This document shows positions 41,817 through 52,300 of a stretch of 64,000 nucleotides of DNA, one piece after another. Source of the DNA: Pelagomonas calceolata (lineage: Eukaryota); contig CAKKNE010000001.1 of NCBI GenBank assembly GCA_918797485.1, positions 3,906,001 through 3,970,000 on the forward strand, given 5' to 3'. Below the pieces are notes generated by a model, which saw nothing but the letters and a program-made list of their open reading frames with translations, did no database searches and was not told the origin of the DNA. The translations under genes and the position numbers were made by a program. The number at the start of each line of letters is the position of its first letter. Within the stretch, counting starts at the first letter, position 1.

Positions 41817-42272
41817 ATGGCTCCCTTGGCCCCCGTCCCGCGCGCCCGGCGGCCGCCGCCGGACGTGCCCGTCTATGACGTGAACGACTCGCGACCGGCG
41901 TCGGCGGCCCCGTCGGAGCACTTCGCGGACCCGCCGGACGTGACTATTAGTACTGGCGTCGGGATGCGGGGCGAGCTCTCGTTCCCCAAATTATTAAGGG
42001 TCGAGGGCCACTTCGCGGGCACGCTGACGTGTGGCGGCGACGTGGTCATCGCGCCGGGCGGCACGCTCGAGGCGGACGTCGACAACGCGAACGGGTATCT
42101 GTTAGTGGAGGGTACGGTGCTCGGCAACGTCAACGCGCGAAGGGTGCAGATCGCGGCGACGGGGCGCGTCTTCGGGGACATCACGTGCAATTCTTTTATA
42201 ATTGCGCCGGGCGCGGTGGTCATCGGAGCCTGCCAGGTGCGGCCCGAGCCGCCGGAGAAGAACCTTGGGTAG
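41817..42272 (+). CDS. Bactofilin (polymer-forming cytoskeletal) domain protein
   Basis: TISTGVGMRGELSF..LLRVEGHFAG...DVVIAPGG...LLVEGTVLGNV....VQIAATGRVFGDI......IAPGAVVIG beta-helix. Confidence 0.88.
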   Translation: MAPLAPVPRARRPPPDVPVYDVNDSRPASAAPSEHFADPPDVTISTGVGMRGELSFPKLLRVEGHFAGTLTCGGDVVIAPGGTLEADVDNANGYLLVEGTVLGNVNARRVQIAATGRVFGDITCNSFIIAPGAVVIGACQVRPEPPEKNLG

Positions 42273-42287
42273 ACACATAAGTACAAT

Positions 42288-44315
42288 TTACTCGCTAGGA
42301 TCGGTCATGACCGTGTGGAACGTGTCGACGGACGCGTGGGGGCCCAGTCCTAAAGACGCGACGGACCGCGTGTTGAGCTCGTTGCCCTCGCTCCGGCTGT
42401 CGCCCGCCGCCGTGCCGACGCGCGAGGCACTCTGAGGAACCTCGGCCTCGGGCGGCGCGGGGGCCGGCGCCGGTGAGGGCGCCGGGGCGGGCGCCGGCCC
42501 CGGCGCCGGCGACGGCGCCTCGGCAAACAACCCCCGGTGGAGAGCGAGTAAAGCGCTCGCCGCCGAGAAGCCGAAGCCCTTGTGCGCCAGGATGTGCGCC
42601 TCGAGCAACCGTCGAGCCCGTTTCAGCTTCGCGCGCGTCGCGCGCCGCATCGGCTCCGGCTCGAGCAAGGACCAGTCATCCCCCCCGTCCGCGTCGCGCC
42701 AGGGCTTGTAGGGCTGCGGCTCGTCGAAGCGGACCCTAGGAGGCGGTCTGCTTCGTTTCTCCGTCTCCAGATACTCCCTAGAGAGCTCCAGGTTGATGAT
42801 ATACCCACCAGTCTCATTGGTGTCGTACGCGTCCGGCGCATATTTACTATCGAGGAACTCCACGAACGATTGATCAGTGTGGTTTACGGCGCGATTCACG
42901 GAGACCTTCTCCTGGATTTCTCGCTCTTTGGCCTCGTCAATATCATTCTCGGAGATGTCTAAGTATGTCAGAGTCCTATTTACTTTGAGCGCGTCCGACA
43001 AAGATGAGACTCCATCTGGATTGCGGCCCTCTCTCGTAACGTCGTTCTCCGCGATCTTAAGGGACGTGAGCCACGTATTACGGGAGAGCATTTTCGCGAG
43101 GTGCGCGAGGCCGTGCGGGCCTCCTTGATTGTGCGACACATCTAATGTTGTGAGAGAGGAGTGCGCCTCCACTAATGAGGCGAGGACGTCCATGGCGCCT
43201 TCATCTAACAGATTCGTGGACAGATCTAAGGAAGTTAGCGACGACGTGATCTCGTAGTTGTCAAGCTTATTGATCGTCATCTTTATCGTGCGTGCTAATG
43301 TATCTCTTAACAGTATAGCTTCGGGCAGCCTCAGGTCCATTTCCGTTAATTCTATCGTACTAGGTGGGTTATCGAGATAAGACCTTAAAGGTAAACCGCT
43401 CAGCACCTCCAGAGCTCTTGCGGATGGGAACTTTTCAGCTAAACGAGCCGCGGCCTTCCCCGATATGTTATTCCGCCTCAAATCCAGCACCTTCAGCGAC
43501 TTATACTCCTTGAACATGTCAGCCAACTTAAGAGCTGTGATATCCGTGAGTTTCGTCAGGGATAGATCCAACGAAGTAAGTACGAAATTCGAGGATAACG
43601 CCTCGACCAACCCCAACGCATCGTCGTCCGTCAGAAAACAAGCTTTCAGAGCCACGGTATGGATCGGATAGTTGAACCGCAAGATATACTCCAACAGATA
43701 AAAGTCGTCCTTCTGGAGTGACTTCGAGGACAGCTCGAGCTTCTGGTCCTGGTGGCCCGCGTCCCAGTAGGCCAGTTTTCTGGGAACTTGGTTCTCATCT
43801 GCCAATTCCTGGACGGATTTTGGCTCCGTGTCTTGTCGCAGTTGTCTCGTGACCGGTTCTAAGATCGTGAGTTCGCTCTTGCACCTCTTTAGTGACCTCG
43901 CTTCGGCTTCCTTCTGAAGACGTGCGTCCTGCAACGCTTGTTGGTCCTCGGCTTGTTTTTGACTCAGATAGGTCTCGACGTCGACGCCGCGCTTCTGGGC
44001 TTCCAGAGATGCTTCTTCGGCTTGGAGAGCGTCTCTCAGCGCTTTTTGTTCCGCGGCGGCCTCCTCGGCCTCCTCCTCGCCGAAGTGCTCCTTCTTCCAC
44101 TCCAATACAAGGTCCTCGTCCGGCGGCTCACCACTTAACAGTAGAGGCATCGACGGCGGTCGTGGTAAAGTATGGGCCTGGTCCTGCGTCGGCGTCAACC
44201 TCTCGAGTAACACGCGCATACTATAAACATCGTTCACAAATCGGATGGTCGGGCTGCCCTCGACCAGCGCGTCCATCTCGTCCCTCAACCATTGGTCCAC
44301 GTCCTCGCCGGCCAT
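42288..44315 (-). CDS. Leucine-rich repeat (RNI-like) protein
   Basis: LTSLDLS.N repeats; ALKVNRTLTYLDISENDI. Confidence 0.85.
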   Translation of the reverse strand: MAGEDVDQWLRDEMDALVEGSPTIRFVNDVYSMRVLLERLTPTQDQAHTLPRPPSMPLLLSGEPPDEDLVLEWKKEHFGEEEAEEAAAEQKALRDALQAEEASLEAQKRGVDVETYLSQKQAEDQQALQDARLQKEAEARSLKRCKSELTILEPVTRQLRQDTEPKSVQELADENQVPRKLAYWDAGHQDQKLELSSKSLQKDDFYLLEYILRFNYPIHTVALKACFLTDDDALGLVEALSSNFVLTSLDLSLTKLTDITALKLADMFKEYKSLKVLDLRRNNISGKAAARLAEKFPSARALEVLSGLPLRSYLDNPPSTIELTEMDLRLPEAILLRDTLARTIKMTINKLDNYEITSSLTSLDLSTNLLDEGAMDVLASLVEAHSSLTTLDVSHNQGGPHGLAHLAKMLSRNTWLTSLKIAENDVTREGRNPDGVSSLSDALKVNRTLTYLDISENDIDEAKEREIQEKVSVNRAVNHTDQSFVEFLDSKYAPDAYDTNETGGYIINLELSREYLETEKRSRPPPRVRFDEPQPYKPWRDADGGDDWSLLEPEPMRRATRAKLKRARRLLEAHILAHKGFGFSAASALLALHRGLFAEAPSPAPGPAPAPAPSPAPAPAPPEAEVPQSASRVGTAAGDSRSEGNELNTRSVASLGLGPHASVDTFHTVMTDPSE

Positions 44316-44418
44316 GGCTGCCCCGGGCTGCCTCCTGGCCTGGCTCGCGCCGCGTCCGCGGCTGTGGGGCTGCCCTGGCGCGGAGCAGCGGCCGCAGCGC
44401 CTTGGTTTGCCAGAGATG

Positions 44419-44440
44419 CTAGTGTCTTACATGCCGCTAG
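44419..44440. promoter_or_regulatory. CTAG-bounded promoter motif (CTAGTGTCTTACATGCCGCTAG)
   Basis: Midway between divergent ATGs 44315 and 44528. Confidence 0.7.
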
Positions 44441-44527
44441 CTTGGTCCTTTGGTCATTTCACAAAAAGAGGGCCATACGGCGCCGCTGGAGGCGCAAAGT
44501 CGTCACACCTACTGCCAGGGCCAAAAT

Positions 44528-45436
44528 ATGGTCAAACAAGCGCGAAACCGCGCGCCCGGGGCTGGCCCGCGCACCACACTCATCGACCTGTGGCGAGGCG
44601 ACCAGCAGGAGGTTGTTGCCGCTTTCCTACCCTTGAAAAGCATAGCAGCAGTGCCCGTGATATCGCGCCGCTTTCGGGACCAGCAGCCCCTGGTTTTATT
44701 TAGACTAGCGCGACGGCATGGCGTCGCGAACGCATTGACAGTGGCATCGCTCGACGCTCTCGCCGCGTCGGGCCGGGACTGGTCCACGTTCTCTGGTGAT
44801 GCGGTAGACGATTGGCGTATCCTACCAGCCTGGCAAGATCGCGACTTATTTGCGGTCTCGGTGGATACCGCCGAGCACTATATAGAGATCAGCACAAATG
44901 GTCCCACGGGGCACGGCGGCGGACTCGTGAAAACGTTTGATGCGGCCGACCGGTTGTGCGTGCGCCAGCTGAAATACCGGTTCCGGTTCACGGATTCCAA
45001 CCCAGAGGCAAGCCACGAGGACCCGGACGAGCACGCCTTTGCATATTTCTCCATGGGTGGAGGCCCCGACGGACTCTCCGTCTTTCCGACTGCTACCGGC
45101 TACGAGCTCACGTGGTTTGGCTGTTACGAACCGCACGACGAGGAAGAAGACAATGACAATGTCATCATGAGCGTCGCGCCCGGGACGTGGTATGATGTCA
45201 CGGTGACCTTTGATTGGACAATCGACGACTCTGATGAGAACTGGGCGTTTGTGACCTGCGAGGGCGATGACGGTACTATCGAGCGTAAAAAGCGAGTTCT
45301 CTCCAGCCGCCAGCCGCTCACTGCGATGAGACTCTACAATTATAGCCCGAGCGTCGCCCACTACTCCAACGTTGATGTGAAGTACTCGCCGCACACGTCG
45401 CGCGATGGGGATTTCGTCAACTCCCAAGAGCAGTAA
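44528..45436 (+). CDS. F-box-like + ConA/beta-sandwich-like protein (tandem paralog A)
   Basis: EVVAAFLPLKSIAAVPVISRRFRD; collinear homology with 45714-46607. Confidence 0.7.
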   Translation: MVKQARNRAPGAGPRTTLIDLWRGDQQEVVAAFLPLKSIAAVPVISRRFRDQQPLVLFRLARRHGVANALTVASLDALAASGRDWSTFSGDAVDDWRILPAWQDRDLFAVSVDTAEHYIEISTNGPTGHGGGLVKTFDAADRLCVRQLKYRFRFTDSNPEASHEDPDEHAFAYFSMGGGPDGLSVFPTATGYELTWFGCYEPHDEEEDNDNVIMSVAPGTWYDVTVTFDWTIDDSDENWAFVTCEGDDGTIERKKRVLSSRQPLTAMRLYNYSPSVAHYSNVDVKYSPHTSRDGDFVNSQEQ

Positions 45437-45561
45437 GAGGGCCAGCCGCCGCCCGTGGCGCGTAAGTATATTGTTGTATCAATCCACTTACTCTTGGATT
45501 GCGACTCCCGGGCGCCCAGCAAGCGGAATCTGATCACAATCTGAGCGCAAACATATTGCAG

Positions 45562-45579
45562 CTAGCGGTAAGACACTAG
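45562..45579. promoter_or_regulatory. CTAG-bounded promoter motif, short form (CTAGCGGTAAGACACTAG)
   Basis: Upstream of paralog B. Confidence 0.65.
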
Positions 45580-45713
45580 TAAACCTCTGGCTCCTGCGCT
45601 TTTCAAAGCTTTGTGCCCGCACCGATCGAAAAGAGCGACAGTGAGCATGGCGCAAGCCCCAGGCAAGCGCAAGGGCTGCGGCCATAACTGCTCCGAGCCT
45701 TGATTTGGCGCGT

Positions 45714-46607
45714 ATGTGGCAGGGAGATCTCGCGGAGCCGCTGGCTGCTTTCCTACAGCTCAATTCTATTGGTGCGGTCGGCAAGCTCTCGCGGCGGTGC
45801 CGCGACCGGCTGCCGGCTGTCTTAATTAATCTGGCGCGTAAACACGGCGCGCTGCGCGCGTCGATGACCGGTTTTGTCAAGGCCATTCAGGACACGGGCC
45901 GAGATGACTGGTCGTTCTCGGGCGAGGCTTTGGACTCGTGGAGGAGGCAGGAACCGAATGAAACGGAGGGCTCTTTCACCGCTGAGGAGGTGGATTTTGA
46001 CGGGTCGCGTTGCATAAAAATCACCACGTCTCATCCTAGACTCGACGGTCCCTCTTTACCTGGGCATAATACCCATGGAGGACTCAAAAAGGAGTTCGCT
46101 GCCGCTGAGAAATTGTGCGTGCGTCAAGTCAAGTATCGTTTCTGTTTCACGGACTTGGACCCGACCGAGAGCCATAGCGATCCATATGAGCATGGCTTCG
46201 CTTTTTTCACCTTCGGCCCTTACGAAAAATCGCTCCAGCTGCAAAAAGGCTTACTTGTCGAGCCGTCTCAGCACGATCCAACTGCCTACCAGCTCGTTTG
46301 GTGGGACCAAGCGCTTGGACACGATGGGCCAACTATCATGCGCGTGAGGCAGGGGACCTGGTATGAAGTGTTGATGACCTTCGATTGGAGGACAACGGAT
46401 CAAACCGATCCAAATAATCTGTTGGCGTATATTACCGTTACAGACAGAGAAACCAGCAGCCCGCAAATGACGATTAAAACCTCCCGCGAGCCCCTCACTT
46501 CCTTTGGGATCTACAATTCCAGCGCGTCGGTCAGCCATTTCTCCTCGATAAGCGTGCGGTACTCCAAACAAACGTCGCGCGATGGCAGTCTCAGTACCGA
46601 CGAGTAA
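45714..46607 (+). CDS. F-box-like + ConA/beta-sandwich-like protein (tandem paralog B)
   Basis: Shares LCVRQ.KYRF.FTD, EH.FA.F, GTWY.V..TFDW and TSRDG with paralog A. Confidence 0.7.
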   Translation: MWQGDLAEPLAAFLQLNSIGAVGKLSRRCRDRLPAVLINLARKHGALRASMTGFVKAIQDTGRDDWSFSGEALDSWRRQEPNETEGSFTAEEVDFDGSRCIKITTSHPRLDGPSLPGHNTHGGLKKEFAAAEKLCVRQVKYRFCFTDLDPTESHSDPYEHGFAFFTFGPYEKSLQLQKGLLVEPSQHDPTAYQLVWWDQALGHDGPTIMRVRQGTWYEVLMTFDWRTTDQTDPNNLLAYITVTDRETSSPQMTIKTSREPLTSFGIYNSSASVSHFSSISVRYSKQTSRDGSLSTDE

Positions 46608-46635
46608 AATATCAGAATTAAGGAGCCCCGAGAAA

Positions 46636-48264
46636 CTACGCGTCCCCCCCGCCACCGCTCAGCAGCGGGTGCGGCTCGAGGTGGTGCGCGCCCGCCTTGA
46701 CGGGCGTGCGCCGCCGCGGCGACGGCCCCGGCGAGTAGGACGAGTCCGACGACGCCGCGGCGGACCGCCGGTTCACGACGGGCGAAGACGCCGGGAAGCG
46801 GCCCCGCGGCGGCACATCTGCCAGTGACCGCGGCGTCGACGCCGCGGACCGCGCCGCCCGTTTGTGCGCCGCGACCTGGCGCTTCAACCGATCCCGCTCG
46901 AGCGCGACACCCGCATGGGCCTCCTTGGCCCGCACCAACGCTATCCGATCGGCGTCGCGCTGCTCCCGCGCCTCCTTGAGCTGCGCAACGGCCGCCGACC
47001 GACATCTAACTTCCTGCCGTAACCGGTCGCGCATCGCCGCGAGGTCGGTCACGGCTTCCCTTCGAGAAGCCAATAACCCAGCAACATCCTGCTCCGTCAT
47101 CGCCCGCGCCCGTTCCAGCGCATGCCTCGCGCCCTTATGGGCTGATTGCGATCGCGCGTGGTCCCTGGAAAGTTTCGCGAGGTCCCGTTGTAACCGTTTT
47201 TCTCTCTTCTCAGCATCGACGGCGCGCTCGCGTTCCGCGCCATGTTTTTGCGTCAAAACATCGCGCTCCCGCGCACAATCCGCCTGGAACGACTTTTGAG
47301 CTGCATCTCTAATTTGCGCGTCCGCCCTTAATGCAGCCACATCCCGATCCAAATTGCTACATTTGATCTTGAGCTGGTCCACGCACGCCTCGGCGCGATC
47401 GGCCCGCGCGCACTCCTCCTCCCTTTTCTGATTCGCTTTTTGAGCCTCCTTCAGCGACGCCTGCTGCGCTTCGAGGGCTGATTGTTTGGCGGCCAGAGCT
47501 TTCCCAAGGTCGACCTCCGCCGTCTCCAAGGTTTGAATGCGCTCCTTCTGGGAGGAATTCAGCGCCTCCGCCCTGGACAGTTTCTCCCGCAACTCCGACA
47601 CACCTCTCTCTTTGCCTTGCGCCGTCCGTAGATCCGCCGCCAACGCGGCGATCTCCCGGGACTGGGCCTCTTGCGCCGCTTGCGACTCGGCCAGCTGCGC
47701 GTTCAGTTCTTGAGCGTGCTCGGCGCGCTGCCTCTCTAACGATTCCCGTCGCTCGGACGCGTGGCGCGCCGCCAACAAATCTCGTTCCGATTCGTGTTGG
47801 CGCGCGCGCGCGTTGGCCGCCGCCGCGAGCCGTTGCACGTCGCGCTCCGCGCGCGCCAAGTCCCGCCGCGCCGCATTCCGCTCGGCGGTCGCCGTCTCGA
47901 TGGCCCTATTGGAAGCAACCAACCGTTGCTGCATTTCTCGTATGGTAGCTATCGCTAGTTCCAGGTTCCTCTTGAGTGACGCTACATCAAAGTCGTCCAA
48001 TGCTAATTCGACGCTCTTCATCGGCGGCTCCGTTGATACGGGCGGCGGCGGTTGCGGAGGAAAGGCGTCCGCCGCCGCATCGTCGTCCGCGGCGTCGTCG
48101 TCGTCGAAGCCGTTCCGGGCCCGCGCGCTCGGCGACAAGTTCGCGTCGATTTCCGCGCGCTTCTCGGCCATGCGCTGTCTGAGTGAGGCGAGGGGGTCCT
48201 CCTTCTGGGGCGACGGTGGCAGGTGCCCCTGGCGCGGATCCATGGTCTGGACTGCTGTGGCCAT
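46636..48264 (-). CDS. Long coiled-coil protein
   Basis: Heptad-rich E/A/R/L/Q composition; ATG at 48264 or 48243. Confidence 0.7.
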   Translation of the reverse strand: MATAVQTMDPRQGHLPPSPQKEDPLASLRQRMAEKRAEIDANLSPSARARNGFDDDDAADDDAAADAFPPQPPPPVSTEPPMKSVELALDDFDVASLKRNLELAIATIREMQQRLVASNRAIETATAERNAARRDLARAERDVQRLAAAANARARQHESERDLLAARHASERRESLERQRAEHAQELNAQLAESQAAQEAQSREIAALAADLRTAQGKERGVSELREKLSRAEALNSSQKERIQTLETAEVDLGKALAAKQSALEAQQASLKEAQKANQKREEECARADRAEACVDQLKIKCSNLDRDVAALRADAQIRDAAQKSFQADCARERDVLTQKHGAERERAVDAEKREKRLQRDLAKLSRDHARSQSAHKGARHALERARAMTEQDVAGLLASRREAVTDLAAMRDRLRQEVRCRSAAVAQLKEAREQRDADRIALVRAKEAHAGVALERDRLKRQVAAHKRAARSAASTPRSLADVPPRGRFPASSPVVNRRSAAASSDSSYSPGPSPRRRTPVKAGAHHLEPHPLLSGGGGDA

Positions 48265-48567
48265 GACTGTTGTTCCCCCAGGATTTATGTGTACAAATAC
48301 GCTGCCCGGGGCCGTGCGGTCGGGCGTCGGGGCGATGGATGAATGCGACGCTTCCACTGAAGCTGCCCGCGCGCGCGTCCCGCCGTTCAATGGGCTTTGA
48401 TGCGGCCTCCGCCGCTCGGCCTTCGCAACAGAGGCGACGCGCGAGCCGCGGTTTCCCAGGGCCCAGGCCTCGCACGCGCCCCGAGATACCTCCGGCGACG
48501 GGTGGGCTGGCGCGCGTGATTGCGTGCGGGTTCGGTGCCTCTCGCGCCCAAGTTTGGCCCAAAAGGC

Positions 48568-48629
48568 ATCCCAACAGCAGCACATTGCTGCCCCGCGAAT
48601 CCCAACAGCAGCACAGTGCTGCCCCGCGA
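48568..48629. repeat. Tandem 31-bp direct repeat (2 copies, 1 mismatch) with internal palindrome
   Basis: ATCCCAACAGCAGCACA(T/G)TGCTGCCCCGCGA at 48568-48598 and 48599-48629. Confidence 0.9.
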
Positions 48630-48632
48630 GCG

Positions 48633-49049
48633 ATGGAGAAGGAGCCGGCGCCGTCGACACCGACCGAAGCGAAGGCGCCCGCCGCCGAGGCCAAGGAGGA
48701 CCCCAACCGGCTGCCGTCCTTCATACCGAGGACCGGCCTCGTCTTCTCGGAGCGGACGGCCTTCGCTCCCGTATTATGTCCGCCCAAATTGCTCCCCATA
48801 CGACCCTACCACGTCCAGCGCGGGAATGCGGAGGCCTCGGACGACGACGACGACGAGGCGCCGCCGCCGAAGGAAGGCGAGGCGAAGAAAAGTGAATCAA
48901 CAACGGACGTCTACGATAAGCGCTACCTCGCGGAGAAGAAATTAATAGGGGACTGGGGCCGCGAGCCCGTGGTGGACGAGGGCTACGACCCTTCAAAGCC
49001 GCTGGAGCTCGTTCAGAAACCCGCCGCCGAGCCGGCGGCGGCGAGCTAG
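48633..49049 (+). CDS. BBSome-interacting protein BBIP1/BBS18-like
   Basis: FIPRTGLVFSE....PVLCPPKLLPIR resembles the BBIP10 motif (LPK.G....E.....VLCKPKLLPLK). Confidence 0.6.
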   Translation: MEKEPAPSTPTEAKAPAAEAKEDPNRLPSFIPRTGLVFSERTAFAPVLCPPKLLPIRPYHVQRGNAEASDDDDDEAPPPKEGEAKKSESTTDVYDKRYLAEKKLIGDWGREPVVDEGYDPSKPLELVQKPAAEPAAAS

Positions 49050-49110
49050 GTTGTGGGCGTCGCCCGTCGTGTGTAAGTGTGTTCTGAATGCTCGGGACGG
49101 GTTGGCGCAG

Positions 49111-49131
49111 CTAGCGGCTGTAAGACACTAG
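49111..49131. promoter_or_regulatory. CTAG-bounded promoter motif (CTAGCGGCTGTAAGACACTAG)
   Basis: 179 bp upstream of ATG 49310. Confidence 0.7.
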
Positions 49132-49309
49132 CATAAGCCAGCCGAAGCCGACCAAGCGCCAGCACACGGCTGCTGCGGGGGCGTGAAGGCATCTGAGTAG
49201 GGTTCTGGAACCTATCGATTCACGACAGAACAACCAGCAAGAGAGTTACGCTCAGCTGCGAGCGCTACGCTCGGGAGAGCACTACTACTCAGAGAGCACC
49301 TGGTTGCAA

Positions 49310-52300
49310 ATGGCCACGAAGCGCGAAGTCCTGGCATGCCTCGAGCAATCACAACTACAACGAAACTTCAGCAGACCAACAACTGCACGTTCAGTGCCGG
49401 GCCTCGCGCCGGCGCTGCACGCCTACCAGGCCGCGGCGCTCGAGTGGATGCTGCAGCGCGAGCAACGCCGAGATAGCCTGCCGGCGGCGGAGGCGCTGCT
49501 CGGCGGCACGATACGTGACGTCCGCGGCGGCGTGTTGGCCGACGAAATGGGCCTCGGAAAGACCGTCACTGTCGCAGCTTTAGTGCTCGCGGCGCCGGAG
49601 GGCGATTCATCACAACAAGCAGAAACGACGCGCGTCGCCTTGCGCCTAGGGGGCGCGAGGCTGCCCGCGACAACTCTTATGGAGAAGCCGCTGCCCGACC
49701 CGCCCAAAGGAGAGCGCAGGGGAGGCGTCCGCGCGGTGTGCGTCTGCGGCGACGCCGTCTCCGACGGCGTGGTCTGCGCCTTCTGCGGCGCCGTCGCCCA
49801 CAGAGCCTGCGCGGCCGCCGCGAGCTGCGCCTGCCTCGGTTCAAGGGGAGCTCCGTCGGAAAACGGCCTCGTGCGGTCGCGCGCAACTTTAGTGGTATGT
49901 CCCGCGGCCATCGCGGGGCAGTGGAAAGGCGAGCTCGCGCGGCACGCACCATCATTAATAGTGGCGGAGTACCCGGGCGTGCAGGCCTTGCAGAAAGGTG
50001 CAAGGGCCGCGCGCCGCGCCGTCGATTCAAGAAGGACGCGCAACTACGGCCGGGCTTTGCAATCCCTCGGCGACTGCCTACGGCGCCTCGACGGTTCAAT
50101 GTTACGCCAAGCTGATGTTGTTTTGACGACGTTCGGCGCGCTGCGTTCAGATAGGTACTACCAGCCCCAGCAAGCATATGCCGCAAGAGTGCCGCCGTCG
50201 CCCTTGTTGACGACGGACTGGCGCCGCGTCTGCCTGGACGAGGCCCAGGTCGTGCGGGGCGGCGCGACGGCCGCGGCGACGGTCGCGCGCAAGCTTAGTA
50301 GTGAAAGGAGGTGGTGCGTCTCTGGCACGCCCGTCGCCGCTGGAGGGCTGGAGGACGTGCGCGCGTTGTATGAATTCTTGGGGGCGCCCGCCGGCTACTC
50401 TTCCAGACAGTGGAGTGAAGCGGTTGGTCGCGAGGGCGGCGCGACGAAGCTCGCTGATCTATTTAAAGCGACGGCCTGGCGCGCCACTAAAAGTCGAGTG
50501 GACCACGCGATCCCGCCCCAAAGGTCGGTCCTGCGGCACCTGACGTTCGACGCCGTCGAGCGTTTTGTATATGACAGGTTAGATGAGGCCTGCGCGCGCG
50601 ACCTCGCGGCGTTAACGGGAGATGCGGTGAACGAGGCCTGCTCCTTACAGGGCGGCGGCGTCTCGCGACTGAGGCAGGCCTGCGTGCACCCGTCGCTGGC
50701 CATGCCGCGGCGGAAGCGGCGGAAGCGTAAAAGAGGCATCGTGGAAGAACCGAAGGCCGTGGCGACGATGGAGGAGACGCTGTGGCGCCTCGTGGAAGAT
50801 GCGCAGCTCAAGGCCGAGGAGTCGCAAAGAGAGAGGTTGTACCACCTCTTCGCGCGCGCGGGCGTCGCGCGGTGCCGCGCCGATCTTGTAAATGGCTTCG
50901 CTGCTCTCGGTTATGATGAAGATGCGCCCGGGGTCGTGGCGGCTCTCGCACGAACGACGCGCGACCACCTGAAAGATGCAAGAACATTGTACGAGACTGC
51001 ATTAAGAGCGATCCTCGACGGCCGCGACGCCGCCACGGGTTTAAGAGTGCCGCGGGACGCTGAATCGGTCAAAACGAACGAGCGCTTGAGCTTAGGAAGA
51101 GCTAGGCGCGTCGTGCGCGTGGCCATCAAGGCGAGTACATCGATGGACGTCCGCCTCGAGTCGAAGAATCCCAGAGGTGGCTTCGACGAGGTCGCGCACG
51201 GCGCGACGGTTATTGATGAGTGGACGACCATCGACGTCACGAAGCCCCACGAGGCCAAGGCCGAGGAGTGGCGCCTCGCGTCGAAGCACGACGGGGCGGT
51301 CGAGGCGCGGTTCTACGAATCTCGCGTCGACTCGGACTGGGCGTTGGAATTGCACTGCCTGCATAACCTCGCCGCGACGAAGGAATTGCTCGGAGACGAC
51401 GGGAGCGACGAGAAGGAGGGCGCGCAACGGATCCGGAATCGCCAGGGCGCGGCGCGCTTCGACCGCGTGTCGGGCGCCGTCCAGCAGCTGGAGGCCTTCG
51501 CCCGCGGCCGGGGCGCGGTTCTGGAACAGGGCGCCGCCGACCACGCCTGGTGGCGCCGCGCGTTGCAGACGGACGGCGCGCCCGAGGCCTGTGAGCAGGT
51601 GCTCGCGGCGCCGACGACGCAGCAGTTCAACGCCGCCGCGTCGAGGCGCGGCTTCGAAGAGCGGTGCGATTCTAACGTCGACGCGTTCGCGCGTCGCGTC
51701 GAGGCGGCCCTGCGGGGCGTGAGTGCCGCGCGGCGCGCCGCGCTCGCCGCCGCGCGCGACGGCGCGCGCGTCGCGAAGGGAGGCGGCGCCGAACTGCAAC
51801 GCGAAATCCAGGCGACGGGCGCGTGTCGCGTCTGCGCGGAAGACTGGGGCGCCGTCGGGCCCGTCTGCCCGACGTGTCGACGCGTGGACGTCATCACGGA
51901 CGCCTTCGCGCATCTCAAGTCGGAGCGCCAGCACCTCATCGAGGAGAACGCGCCCGTGACGCGCGCGCTCTGTGCGCTCGCGGCGCACGCGCCCTGGCGG
52001 CGCCTCGCGTCGACCGCGGAGAAGAACGAGGCCGAGGCCCTCTTGAACGCGCTAGGAGCGGCGACGACGGGCGAGTCGCGGGTCGAGACGTCGACGGACG
52101 CGGGCTGCAAGCACGAGCTCCTGCAAGCCAGAAGAGCGATGACACACCTTACTGATGCCCTGCTCAAGGAGAACGAGGCCCTCGCCGCGACGCGCCGCGT
52201 CGAAGTATTAAGGGCGGACGCGGATTTGTCATTGTTGGAAGAGCACGAGAAGAACGCGCGGTGCTTCCCGGCGGATCTGGGGGCGCGGGACTTGGAGGCG

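Noticed and set aside
31080..42272. Prokaryotic island or contamination (histidine kinase, ParB-like, bactofilin)
   Set aside because: These genes are interleaved with eukaryote-specific genes, carry introns or signal peptides, and share the region's promoter motif and codon style.
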